Positions 12,129 through 24,389 of a DNA stretch of 64,000 nucleotides are shown one piece after another. Source of the stretch: Centroscyllium fabricii. Taxonomy: Eukaryota. The first letter of the stretch is position 1, and each line of letters starts with the position of its first letter. Made by a program: the position numbers and the translations under genes. The notes beneath the pieces were generated by a model. It worked only from the letters and a program-made list of their open reading frames with translations, was not told the DNA's origin and did not search any database. The stretch lies in assembly GCA_051313645.2 (NCBI GenBank), contig JBNRSN020000020.1, forward strand, positions 69,502,001-69,566,000. The letters run 5' to 3'.

Positions 12129-15100
12129 TGTGGTAAACCACTCTTCTATGTATTATAAGTATATCCATTCACTCTGTCTTGTATATATATATTGTTGTTG
12201 TAATCGTACTATTCACCATGTTGTATCATAGTTCATTGTATACGATTACCTGGACATGCCCATGCTGGCTCCACCTGCGACTCCTCCCTCCCGGGGCCAG
12301 GTACATAAGCGGCCGTCTCCCATCCCCCTGCCATTACTGGGGACGGTCGACTAGCTGGTGCATGTCCACCTTTAGTGAATAAAAGCCGAATTGTTTTACC
12401 CTCTTAACTACTCGTCCACGAGGTCGTTATTTCGGTCACAATTTTATTCACTAAATTTGACGATGGACGCAATGCTCAAACCAGCAAAGTTCGAGCTGGA
12501 CCCCCGGACACCAGGTGCATCAAATACCTTTTCACACTGGTTCGACTGTTTCGATGCGTTCATGAAGGCGAACGCAGCGGTCGTCAGGACCGAAGAAGAC
12601 AAACAGCGGCTCCTCAACGCCCGGGTGGGCCCTCAGGTATACTTCATGATCGTAGATGCATCATCGTACTCGGATGCAATCGGGATCCTCAAGGCGGAGT
12701 ACAACCGGGCACCCAACATCGTCTACGCCAGACACCTCCTGGCTACCAGAAAACAGCAACCCGGTGAGTCCAGCGTGGAATTCCTACGCGCGCTGAGACT
12801 AATTTCCCGGGCCTGTGACTGTAAACAGCAATTGGCCAAGGTCCACGCGGACAATCTAATCAGGGACGCGTATGTGACGGGCCTCAGGTCGGACTAAATT
12901 AGACAAAGGCTGTTAGCGCAGAACGGCCTTGACCTGCAGGCAACAGCGGACCTGGGCAACGCGCTGGATGCGGCATCACTGAATTTATCGTCATATTCTG
13001 GAAACTCCATGGGCCCAGCCCCGACAAATTGGACACCGCCGGTGCCACGGCCGGCGGAAGAAATGACTGCGGCCGCTCGCTCTAAGACGGCCAAATGCTA
13101 CTTCTGCGGGCAGTCTCAGCATCCGAGACGGAGCTGCCCGGCGAGAGACGCGACCTGCTCGGAATGTGATAAAGGGGGACACTGTGCCAAAGTCTGCAGA
13201 GCAACTGCAGCACCGCAACCGAAACCGGGCAGCGCCGTGTGTGGGACATGGGGGCAGCCATCTTGGACACTGCCATCCTCAACACAGCCCACCGCGTGGC
13301 AGCAGACGCCATCTTGGTCTCAGCCACCCCCTCCGCAGTACACCACATGGCAGCAGCCATCTTGGGACCAGGCCCCAGACGACTACTCTACGGATCAAGA
13401 CGACTCGACCGATCCGGTACTAGCTTCAGTCACCCTGGACTAAAACAAGACACAACCACTTGGGAAGTCGATGATGATGGTGGAAGTGAACGGGCAAGAC
13501 GTTGAGTGCCTCTTCGACAGCGGGAGCACGGTGAGTTTTGTCCACCCTGCAACAGTAAGGCGCCTCTCCCTTAAGGTTATGCCAGCGAGCCAAAAGATAT
13601 CCATGGCATCAAAATCAGAATCCGCGGACGTCTCCGGACGTTGCGCAGTGGCTCTAACGGTACGGGGCGTGTACTTTAATAATTTTAAATTTTTCATGCT
13701 GCCGCAGCTCTGCGCTCCATTGTTATTGAGCCTGGACTTCCAGTGCCATCTCCAAAGCGTTACCATGGCGTACGGTGGGCCTCTTCCCCCACTCACGGTC
13801 TGCAACCGGCGCTCGGCGCAGCATCTGCAGCGCACTACCTGTGGCCTCTCGACCCTTAAGGTCGCCCCTCCCTCGCTATTTGCTAACCTCACCCCAGACT
13901 GCAAGCCCGTCGCCACCAAAAGTAGGCGCTACAGTACCGGGGACATGGACTTCATCAAGTCCGAGGTGAAGCGCCTCCTGAGGGAGGGGGTTATCGAGGC
14001 CAGTAACAGCCCCTGGAGGGCGCAGGTAGTGGTGGTGAAGACCGGAGCTAAGAACCGGATGGTAGTGGACTATAGCCAGACCATTAACCGGTTCATCCAG
14101 TTGGACGCGTACCCCCTTCCCCGGATAACGGACATGGTAAATCAGATCGCGCAGTTTCGGGTCTTCTCGACCATCGATCTGAAGTTCGCGTATCACCAAC
14201 TCCCCATTCGCCCAGAGGACCGTCTCTATACGGCCTTCGAGGCTGACGGCCGCCTCTATCACTTCCTCAGGGTTCCATTTGGCATCACGAATGGGGTCTC
14301 GGTCTTCCAAAGGGAGATGGACCGAATGCTCGATCAGTACGGGCTATGAGCCACTTTCCCGTATCTCGATAATGTGACCATCTGCGGCCACGATCAGCAG
14401 GACCATGACGCCAACCTCCAGAAATTTCTCCACACCGCCAAAACACTCAACCTGACCTATAACACAGAAAAATGTGTGTTCAGGACCACCCGCCTCGCCA
14501 TCCTCGGCAGTGTCGTGGAGAATGGGGTCATCGGTCCCGACCCGGACCGCATGCGCCCCCTCATGGAGCTCCCCCTCCCCCACTCCCTCAAGGCCCTCAA
14601 AAGGTGCCTGGGATTCTTCGCCTATTATGCCCAGTGGGTCCCCAACTATGCGGACAAAGCTTGCCCACTACTCAAATCAACCTCATTCCCCCTGTCAGCA
14701 GATGCCCGCGCGGCGTTCTGCGGCATTAAGAATGACATTGCAAAGGCAACGATGCACGCTGTGGATGAGTCCGTCCCGTTCCAGGTTGAGAGCGATTCAT
14801 CGGACTTTGCCCTGGCCGCCACCCTTAACCAGGCGGGCAGACCCGTGGCCTTCTTCTCACGTACCCTCCAGGGCCCCGAGACCCGTCACTCCTCAGTCGA
14901 GAAGGAGGCCCAGGCCATTGTTGAAGCAGTGCGTCACTGGAAGCACTACCTGGCCGGCAAACGATTTACCCTGCTGACTGACCAACGCTCAGTCGCTTTT
15001 ATGTTCAACAACAAAGAGCGGGGCAAAATCAAGAACGACAAGATATTAAGGTTCAGAATTGAGCTCTCCACGTTCAATTATGATATCTTGTACCGGCCCG

Positions 15101-16787
15101 GGAAACTCAACGAACCCCCAGACGCCCTATCCTGTGGTACATGTGCCAGCGCACAAGTAGACCATCTCCAAACCCTGCACAACGACCTCTGCCACCTGGG
15201 GGTCACCAGGTTGGTTCACTTTGTGAAGTCCCGCAACCTCCCCTACTCCATCGAGGAGGTCAAGACCATGACCAGCAACTGCCAGGTCTGTGCGGAGTGC
15301 AAGCCGCACTTCTTTCGGCCAGACCGGGCGCATCTGATCAAGGCCACCCGCCCCTTTGAATGACTCAGCGTCGATTTTAAAGGGCCCCTTCCCTTGGCCA
15401 ATATGAACGTGTACTTCCTTAATGTCATTGACGAGTACTCCCGTTTCCCCTTTGCCATCCCCTGCCCAGACATGACCTCTGCCACTGTCATCAAGGCCCT
15501 TCACAGTATTTTCTCCCTGTTCGGCTACCCCAGCTACATCCATAGCGACCGGGGGGCCTCTTTCATGAGTGACGAGCTGCGTCAGTTCCTGCTAGCCAAA
15601 GGCATCGCTGCTAGCAGGACTACCAGCTATAACCCCCAGGGGAACAGACAGGTAGAGAGGGAGAATGCCACGGTCTGGAAGGCCATCCTGTTAGCCCTAC
15701 GGTCTAAAGGCCTCCCAGTTTCCCGCTGGCAGGACGTCCTCCCCGAAGCGCTCCACTCCATCCGGTCACTCCTTTGTATGGCCAATAATGCCACCCCTCA
15801 CGAGCGACTTTTTGCTTTCCCCAGGAAGTCGGCTTCCGGGACCTCGCTGCCATCGTGGCTATCATCCCCGGGACCGGTCCTACTCCGGAAGCACGTGAGG
15901 GGCCACAAGGCAGACCCCCTGATCGAACGGGTCCACCTCCTGCACGCCAATCCCCAGTACGCCTACGTGGCGTACCCCGACGGTAGGGAGGACACCGTGT
16001 CCATCAAGGACCTGGCACCAGCGGGGGCCCCCAAAACCCCCCCACCCAGCAGCCCATGCCCCCGCACCCGCCAGCCACCCCACCCGGGCCACCGGTACCA
16101 AGGTACGCTCCCCGGCACGAGAATCAGGCACCACGGTACGTCCGCCTGGCATCTGTAGGCAGCACGGCATGGCCTCTGGCATGGCTCCATAGTGCACGCC
16201 CCCTAGAGTCAGACGATGACGGGGAGAGCGCGCCGCCAACTGTCACCGCAAGGGCACTGACGAGGGACCAACCGACTCAATCAGCTATCGTACGCCCACC
16301 GATATCATCACCAGCGGTGCGATCAACACAACCGGCTACTTCACGTCCGCCAACACCACCAGCGGTGCGCCGTTCCACCAGGCTTACCAGGCCGCCTGAG
16401 AGACTAAATCTATAAATTGAAAGAACAGTCGCACTCACCCCGCCGGACTTTCGTTTTAAAGAAGGGGTGAATGTGGTAAACCACGCTTCTATGTATTATA
16501 AATATATCCATTCACTCTGTCTTGTATATATATATATATTGTTGTTGTAATCGTACTATTCACCATGTTGTATCATAGTTCATTGTATACGATTACCTGG
16601 ACATGCCCATGCTGGCTCCACCTGCGACTCCTCCCTCCCGGGGCCAGGTACATAAGCGGCCATCTCCCATCCCCCTGCCATTACTGGGGACGGTCGACTA
16701 GCTAGTGCATGTCCACCTTTAGTGAATAAAAGCCGAATTGTTTTACCCTCTTAACTACTCGTCCACGAGGTCGTTATTTCGGTCACA
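12129..16787 (+). mobile_element. Full-length Ty3/Gypsy element, family A copy 2 (defective)
   Basis: LTRs 12129-12440 and 16472-16787, TSD GTGAC, PPT AAAGAAGGGGTGAA; gag ATG 12463, polyprotein broken by stops at about 12897, 13443, 14349 and 15363 and a frameshift near 16040. Confidence 0.97.
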
Positions 16788-16893
16788 GTGACTACACAAA
16801 CCACTCTGGGTACAGGTATATTGTACATAAGTAAAACAGGTTTATTAAGCATTAAATATCCAGTACAAAGAATTAATACTTGACAAGTAGATA

Positions 16894-17584
16894 CAGGTTG
16901 AGCACCGTTAATCCGGCACCCTCGGGACCAGGTCGGTGCCAGACTACTGAAAATTACGGACCACTGAAGGTTCGGGGGGAGCGCGTGGTAGAACACTCGC
17001 CGGGGCCCTGAGCGTGCGGTAGAACACTATCCGGGGCTCGGAGTGTGCGGTAGAACACTCACCGGGGCCCGGAACGCATGGTAGAACACTTCCTGGGGAC
17101 TGGAGCGCGCGATAGAACACTCCCTGGGGCCCGGAGTGCGTGGTAGAACACTCCCCGGGGACTGGAGCGCGCGATAGAACACTCCCCGGGGCCCGGAGTG
17201 CGTGGTAGAACACTCCCCGGGGCCCGGAGCACGCGATAGAACACTCCCCGGGGCCCGGAGCGCGTGGTAGAACACTCCCTGGGGCCCGGAGCGCATGGTA
17301 GAACACTCCCGGGGGCCCAAAGCACACGGTAGAACACTCCCTGGGGCCCGGAGTGCGCGGTATAACACTCCCCGGGAGTGAGCCCAGGGATAGAACACTT
17401 ACAAAACCTAAAAAAACAGAAATCCAAATGCCCGACGTTTTTGGCGCTCGCCCACCCACCCTTCACGGGAAATGATGGCACCGCCGAGTAGTTGCTCCGC
17501 AAAATGGAGACCACCGGTTTCCAATCGTGCCGGACCACTGAAGCTAACGGACCATCAGGTGCCGGATTACCGGTGCTCAACCTG
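16894..17584. mobile_element. Tigger-like MITE with expanded minisatellite
   Basis: Same TIRs and TA TSD as other copies. Confidence 0.85.
16985..17400. repeat. About 31-bp GC-rich minisatellite (GTAGAACACTCCCCGGGGCCCGGAGCGCGCG), about 13 units
   Basis: Direct head-to-tail repeats without unique spacers. Confidence 0.9.
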
Positions 17585-18126
17585 TAGTTGCAGTTTGTTC
17601 ATTGAACCCCGACGTTCCTTCCGAGTGACTGTGGAACGGTTTCTTTATTCACTTGCTGTGTTCTGTTGACTGAAGCTTCCCATCCTCTGGTTTTGCACTG
17701 CTTACTGTGTTCAATATCTTTTTTTCCCTTTTCAAAATACATAGCAACTTGCAGCTGCTTGGGCTATCTCACCATTCTGACTATCACAAGTACGGTCTAT
17801 GATTCCCTCCCCTTTTCTGCTGTGAGCTTTGAGTATGACAACTTTTACATATCTTTCACCTTTCCCATAGCCCATTATCGAGACTGGTCTGAAACGTCAG
17901 CGATAAGGGATGTTAGGTATTGAAAACCCTCTATCTTACTTTGAGACTTAATTAATGTTTTGTCCTTCACTGGCTTCTTGTTTTTAATATAACAGAAAAT
18001 CTACACGACCTCAGCACTATTCTCGCAGTGAACATAATGTTGGCTTAATTTTACCATCATGCTTTGGTCTCAGCCATTCGCCATTTTATACAGCCTTTTT
18101 AGGTTTTTAACATACAATTTCACATA

Positions 18127-19641
18127 CAGGATGGTCCGGCACCTTCAGTGGTCCGGCACGAATCGAAACCGGCGGTCTTGAGTTTGCGGAGCAGCCGCTC
18201 GGCGGCGCTACCATTTCCCGCGAAGGGTGGGCGAGCGCCGAAGGCGTCGGGCGTTTGGGTTTCTGCTTTTTAGTGTTCTATCCCTGGGCTCCCTCCTGGG
18301 CAGTGTTCTACCTGCGTGCTCCGGGCCCCGGGGAGTGTTCTACCCGTTAGGTTTACCTTCAAAAACGGAGGCAGAGGTGAAAGAGAAATACCGATTGTAG
18401 TGTATGTAATGGAGCTGCACTATTTGCTGTATGGCGAAGGAACACGGTAATACCTCCTCAGGCCACCCGGTATAAATAGTGCTGCACTACACACTGTATT
18501 CAGTTTCCTCCTGGTCCCCCATGAATAAACACCCTTCTTATTGTTACCCTGTGTCCGGGTCCGTAAGTAAATACTTAAAACTAGTATTAAGTATTTACTC
18601 ACGGACCCGGACACAGGGAACAATAAAAAGGGTGTTTATTCATGGGGGACCAGGAGGAAACTGAATACAGTGTGTAGTGCAGCACTATTTATACCGGGTG
18701 GCCTGAGGAGGTATTACCGTGTTCCTCCGCCATACAGCAAATAGTGCAGCTCCATCACATACACTACACCGATTAACAACCACTGCCAACTAGGCCAGGT
18801 GACGCAAGCGCTTTATTTGACTAAGCAAGACGGTGCAGCTCGGATGACGGTGAACCCCCCACCCTCATATCTCGCTCCCTGGGGCCACCGCCGCCGCCTC
18901 TGGTGTGTGTTTGGGGCAATCGGTGGAAACCGGAGCTGCGCCAATTCAAAGAGTCGCGCCGCTACCTTGGCATCGTCTAAAACCTCGACCTTTGTCGGGT
19001 CTGGCTCGAAGCAGAGGTCTTGTTCTCCTTTGCGAAATTTCAATTTCATTCCCCGAGTGTTCATTTGGTCATGATGGAGCTGGAGGATGAGGAGGGGGGG
19101 AGGATGAGGAGAAACAGTCAATGCAGCGACCAACCTCCCTCGTCGACGCACGGCTCAATGTTTTCATTTTACACAATCCTGGCCGATGCGTAGAGTTGGA
19201 GCGCTTGCGAGTGGCAACTGATCCAGATCCACAAGTCGCAGTCCACATTCTAAACGGGGTTTTCCCCAAAATGCAGGAGTCGCTTGGTGCCCGGGAATGT
19301 GAGTGCGCTGCCCCATCGGGAGTTTCAGCATCGGGCAAGGTGCTCCCTCCGGTGGCGAATACAATAATGACTGTCATTCTGCCTGGCTTGTGTCACAAGA
19401 CAACGACATTTGGCTGGACTTTGCGACCCCTGCGGGTGCCTATGAAGCACCTGCGCTGAAACCCAGCACTCGCAATCTGTCAATAATTCACAGATCATCC
19501 GCATGCCCAAGAAAATGGCCTCTGTGGGTGGAGAGTTGCGTTTTTTGCCCAACCCCAGCGTTAACCTTCAGTGGTTCGGAATTTTCAATGGTCCGACACT
19601 GGCCTGGTCCCGAGGGTGCCGGATTACCGGTGCTCAACCTG
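18127..19641. mobile_element. Tigger-like MITE carrying about 1.2 kb of extra internal sequence
   Basis: Left end TA-CAGG (TIR partly deleted) followed by MITE body to about 18347; MITE right arm resumes about 19563 and ends GTGCTCAACCTG-TA. Confidence 0.7.
18396..18768. mobile_element. Palindromic element made of two LTR-like arms joined tail-to-tail
   Basis: 373-bp near-perfect inverted repeat with no spacer, centred on ACTAGT (18580-18585); TG..CA ends; 5-bp TSD CCGAT; each arm has TATAAATA and AATAAA. Confidence 0.9.
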
Positions 19642-20218
19642 TATTATAGTTAGATAAAAATGGTTATAGAATCTTAACAATGTTTGCTAAATCCTACAGG
19701 TACACTCTATCCAGGTTCCCAAGTGAATACTTGGGTGAGTTATCAGAGGGTGATTAATGTTGTGTTTCCGATTCCTTGAGGTGTGTGTGAGGCAAATAAG
19801 ACACAGGCACAGTGCTTAAATAACAAAGGTCTTTACTTGATCGATATCCAGGTGGAAGCCCACTGATACATTTAGTGCAGCGCCTTTTATACACAGTGGC
19901 CTAAAGCTGCACTACAGTAACCTTCCCATATACAATATAGTTCCTTTACAGTTGCTATGCCATTGGCTCACAGGCTGATACAGCGGCTTTGCCATTGGCT
20001 CACAGACTGTCCATCATAGCCTATTCACATACACCACATCCCTCCCCTCTTACATGAGCACATCACCCCTCTTCTTTTTTTTCTTTTTTTTTAAACATCT
20101 TTAACAACAGTAAAATGAACATAATAACAATTTTACTTCTTACAACATGATTTCTAGTGACTCCTTACTTTAACATTTATCACAACATTATTTAGAGTCA
20201 ATGAATTTACTTTAACAT

Positions 20219-21046
20219 TCATCCCAAGCCCTGATATTTGCCATAAGGGTCCTCCTCTGTCGTTGGAAACGTGTTCATGTATAGTCCTTGAACGGGTTTG
20301 CCCGTGATTGGGTTAATCTTGGTGTCAGGATTAGTTGTCGTTGTCGTTGTCCGGCTCCTGGTGCTTTTGCAGGCTTTAGCCAGATGTCCTATCTTTCCAC
20401 ATCTTCGACACATCTTGTCGCGGGCCCAACAAACAGCTTGGTCATGGTTGTTACCCGCACAACAGAAACAGTGTTTAACATCCTGCAACATCTGGTTCGA
20501 TTGGTATTCGTGTTCCCGTGGTTTCTGTTTAATTTCTGCTGCACTTCTAACAGCTGACTCGTAGGACACCGCTATGTTGAAAGCTGCACCCAAGGTTAAT
20601 TCTTTCTTCGTCAAGAGAAGCTTTTGTGTGCATTCGCTAAGCAATCCACAAACAAACCTGTCTCTTAATAATTCTGTGCGCATCTCGCCATATTGGCAGC
20701 GATCTGCCAGTTTTCTTAGTTCCGCTATATATTCAGCATTTGACTCCCCGGTCTGCTGATCCCTGCGGTGAAATTTAAATCTTTCCGCTATTATCAATGG
20801 AGTAGGGTTGAGATGGTCTTTCATTAATTCGACTATTTGCGTATAGGTTTTGTCCATGGGTTTTTCTGGGGTTGCTAAACTTTTCAATAGTCCGTATGTT
20901 TTTGCACCCATCAAATTTAAAAGAGTAATCACTTTCCGGTCTTCTGCTATATTATTAGCTGCACAATAAATCTCAACCCTTTCAATATAAATGTCCCAGT
21001 TCTCGATGTCATTATCGAACGCTGCTACAGTAGGGACCTTTGTCAT
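20219..21046 (-). CDS. Intact Mag-type Gag (about 275 aa) with two Cys/His knuckles
   Basis: FDNDIENWDIYIERVEIYCAANNI..LLNLMG, IIAERFKFHRRDQQTGES, LRDRFVCGL, CFCCAGNNH..CRRCGKIGHLAKAC. Confidence 0.85.
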   Translation of the reverse strand: MTKVPTVAAFDNDIENWDIYIERVEIYCAANNIAEDRKVITLLNLMGAKTYGLLKSLATPEKPMDKTYTQIVELMKDHLNPTPLIIAERFKFHRRDQQTGESNAEYIAELRKLADRCQYGEMRTELLRDRFVCGLLSECTQKLLLTKKELTLGAAFNIAVSYESAVRSAAEIKQKPREHEYQSNQMLQDVKHCFCCAGNNHDQAVCWARDKMCRRCGKIGHLAKACKSTRSRTTTTTTNPDTKINPITGKPVQGLYMNTFPTTEEDPYGKYQGLG

Positions 21047-21720
21047 CCTCAATTATACTTATTTTCTTTTTCAATTTTTTTTTCAACTATTCAAAATGGC
21101 GCACGCCACGACGGTATTCTCGCGTTCTTTGTCGTTTTCAAAATGGCGTTTGCCACGACGGTGCTCTTCGCGCCCTTTTCTGTTTTTACAGTGGCGTTTG
21201 TGCAGGGAAAGCAAAGAAACGGCACCTTCCCGGTCCTTTCTTGCTTCCTCCCCGCTATGCCTGGTTCCTCCCGCGATCCCCGCGGTCTACTCGGTGGAGT
21301 GGCACTCCGTTTTCCGTGGTAGTGGTCTACCCCACCCCAGATACAGAGCCCGCCCTTTTAATACCACCGGGGGCTTCCCGAATAACCCGGATTAATTACC
21401 GTGGTTTCGGTCTCCTCGACTCCTGGTCGGCGATTGCCTCTGTCGTTCCCGATCCCCGGGTGCTGGAGAGTCAACACTGAACTCTCTACAGCTTCTCGAT
21501 GTTCTGTCGTTCCTGCCTTAGGGCTGCCTCTTTGATGGTCACCCCGTTCCTAGGCTTGTCTGTGCACTGTGTTGGGCTGCTGCTTTGGTGATCGCCCAGC
21601 CTCTGGTTCTGCCTCCAGGCCTTGTCCACGCAGTAGTTTTGTGGGCTGCTCCTTCGTTGGATGCCCCAGCCTCAGACTTTCACTGATGACTTACTGCAGG
21701 ATTCCTAGAGTTACCCGCTA

Positions 21721-21731
21721 TCTCGTCGCCA
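21721..21731 (-). promoter_or_regulatory. tRNA primer-binding site (tRNA-Ser GCU-like)
   Basis: TGGCGACGAG starts 1 nt after the 5' LTR; complementary to the ...CTCGTCGCCA 3' end of vertebrate tRNA-Ser(GCU) as I recall it. Confidence 0.7.
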
Positions 21732-22053
21732 CTGTTGTGTTTCCGATTCCTTGAGGTGTGTGTGAGGCAAATAAGACACAGGCACAGAGCTTAAATAACA
21801 AAGGTCTTTACTTGATCGATATCCAGGTGGAAGCCCACTGATACATTTAGTGCAGCGCCTTTTATACACAGTGGCCTAAAGCTGCACTACAGTAACCTTC
21901 CCATATAGAATATAGTTCCTTTACAGCTGCTATGCCATTGGCTCACAGGCTGATAGAGCGGCTTTGCCATTGGCTCACAGACTGTCCATCATAGCCTACT
22001 CACATACACCACAATTAACACCCATGGACTTGTCGGTCATTGCCTTCAGGAAT

Positions 22054-22397
22054 CATAGAATAGAATCTCTACAGTGCAGATAGAGGCCATTTCGGCCCAT
22101 CGAGCCTGCACCGACACATATCCCACCCTATCCCCGTAACCCCACATATTCCCACCCTATCCCCGTAATCCCCACATATTTAATCCTCCTAACACTAAGG
22201 GTCAATTTATCATGGCCAATCAACCTAACCCGCACATCTTTAGACTGTGGGAGGAAACCGGAGCACCCGGAGGAAACCCACGCAGACACGGGGAGAATGT
22301 GCAAACTCCACACAGATAATCACCCGAGGCCGGATTTGAACCCGGGCTCCTGGCACTGTGAGGCAACAGTGCTAACCATTATGCCACTGTGCCACCC
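22054..22397 (-). mobile_element. HE1-like V-SINE
   Basis: tRNA-like head (GGTGGCAC..TGGTTAGCACTG, GGTTCAAATCC), V-domain TGTGTGGAGTTTGCACATTCTCCCCGTGTCTGCGTGGGTTTCCTCCGGGTGCTCCGG, CR1-like tail. Confidence 0.85.
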
Positions 22398-22459
22398 AAG
22401 GATGGACCTTGGAGAAAATTAGTGGTGGAAAGCTAGTGAGGAAAAAAAAGAAAACGAGG

Positions 22460-23631
22460 GAAAGGCGGTTGATGTCATATATATGGACTTCAGCAAGGCG
22501 TTCGACAAGGTCCCGCACGGTCGACTCATGAAGAAAGTAAGGAGTTGTGGGGTAAACAACGAAGTAGTGAGATGGATTGAGAACTGGCTGGCTCAGAGAA
22601 AGCAGAGGGTAGTGGTAGAGGGCCAATACTCGGGTTGGAGACCGGTCACCAGTGGGGTGCCACAGGGGTCGGTGTTGGGGCCACTACTATTTGTAATCTT
22701 TATCAATGACTTGGAGGAGGGGACTGAGGGGTGGGTCAGCAAATTTGCAGATGACACAAAGATTGGGGGAGTAGTGGATGAGGAGGAAGGAAGTAGAAGG
22801 CTTCAGAGGGATATAGATAGGATGCAGAGCTGGGCTGAAGAATGGCAAATGGAGTTCAACACGGGGAAATGCGAGGTGATACACTTTGGTAGGGCAAATA
22901 GGAAAAGGGAATATAGGGTCAACGGCAGGGTCCTGAGCGAAGCAGAGGAGCAAAGGGATCTGGGAGTATATGTACACAGATCATTGAAGGCTGCCACCCA
23001 GGTGGATAAGGCAGTAAAAAAGGCCTATGGTGTATTGGGCTTCATCAACAGGGGAATAGAGTTTAAGGACCGGGAGGTCATGCTACAGCTGTACAGGTCA
23101 CTGGTGAGACCACACTTGGAGTACTGTGTGCAGTTCTGGGCACCGTACTACAGGAGGGATGTGGAGGCGTTGGAGAGGGTACAGAGGAGATTCACCAGGA
23201 TGCTGCCGGGAATGGGGGGAAAGTCGTACGAGGAGAGGTTGAGGGAGCTGGGACTCTTCTCCCTGGAGCGGAGAAGGAAGAGGGGGGACTTAATAGAGAT
23301 GTTTAAGATGATGAAGGGGATCGATAGAGTAAACGTGCAGAGACTGTTTCCCCGGGTGGGAAGAACGACAACAAGAGGGCACGAGCACAAGATTCAAGGA
23401 GGAAGATTCAGAAGGGATGGCAGGGGCAAGTTCTTTACACAGGGAGTGGAATAGGCTACCATCTGAAATAGTGGATGTGGACAGTCTGGGAGCTTTTAAA
23501 AGGATGATAGATAGGTACATGGAGGGGAAGGAAGAGTAGGGGGGACAGGAAAAATCAGAGATGGACTAAGCGCGGCACTACATTGAGGGCCCAAGGGCCT
23601 GTACAGTGCTGTATGTTCTATGTTCTATGTA
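22460..23631 (+). mobile_element. 5'-truncated CR1 LINE (RT and 3' tail)
   Basis: ORF 22483-23454: MDFSKAFDKVPH, SGVPQGSVLGP, KFADDTK; tail (TATGTTC)n. Confidence 0.92.
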
Positions 23632-24389
23632 TGGCGACGAAGCTTTGTCTGTGTCACTTCACTCATACTGACACATTGAGCATGATAACAGAGGAGATTC
23701 CTTTCTCTAATTTTACACAAATATTCACTTCTTCCGAAGTAAAGAACTCACTCTCTGATTAATAAATAGCTTACAAAAACACCCTGAACCAGCATTATTT
23801 CATTACCAGATACTTTTTCCGGCATGCAGAAATCCTCAGAAATAGACTTTTGCACAATGTGCGCCTCTTAAAGAGTATAACAACTGACCTCTGGACCTTT
23901 TACATAAGATCATAAGAAATAAGAGCAGGAGTAGACCATTCTGCCCCTCGAGCCTGTTCCACCATTCAATAAGATCATGACTGATCTTCTACCTCAACTC
24001 CACTTTCCTGCACTGTCACCATATCGCATGATACCCTTAATATTCAAAAATCTATCAATCTCTGCCTTAAGCATACTCAACGCCTGAGCCTCCACAGCCA
24101 TCTGGGGCAGAGAATTCCAAAGATTCACCACCCTCTGAGTGAATACATTTCTCCTCACCTCAGTCCTAAATGGGCGACACCTTATTCTGAGACTGTGACC
24201 CCTGGTTCTAGACTCCCCAGCCAGGTGAAATATCCTCTCTGCATCTACCCTTATACTCAAATCCTCTTGTAATAAAGGCCTACATAACATTTGCTTTCCT
24301 AATTACCTGCTGTACCTGCATGTTAATTTTCAGTGATTCATGTACAAAGCCACCCAGGTCCCTCTGAACACCAATATTTCCCAATCTCT

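Larger units (their letters stand above)
19758..22013 (-). mobile_element. Non-autonomous gag-only LTR retrotransposon
   Basis: 281-bp LTRs 19758-20038 and 21733-22013, TSD ATTAA, PPT AGAGGGGAGGGA, PBS TGGCGACGAG; no pol. Confidence 0.93.

Noticed and set aside
16985-17400. CRISPR-like regular repeats
   Set aside because: No unique spacers, no cas genes, eukaryotic MITE context
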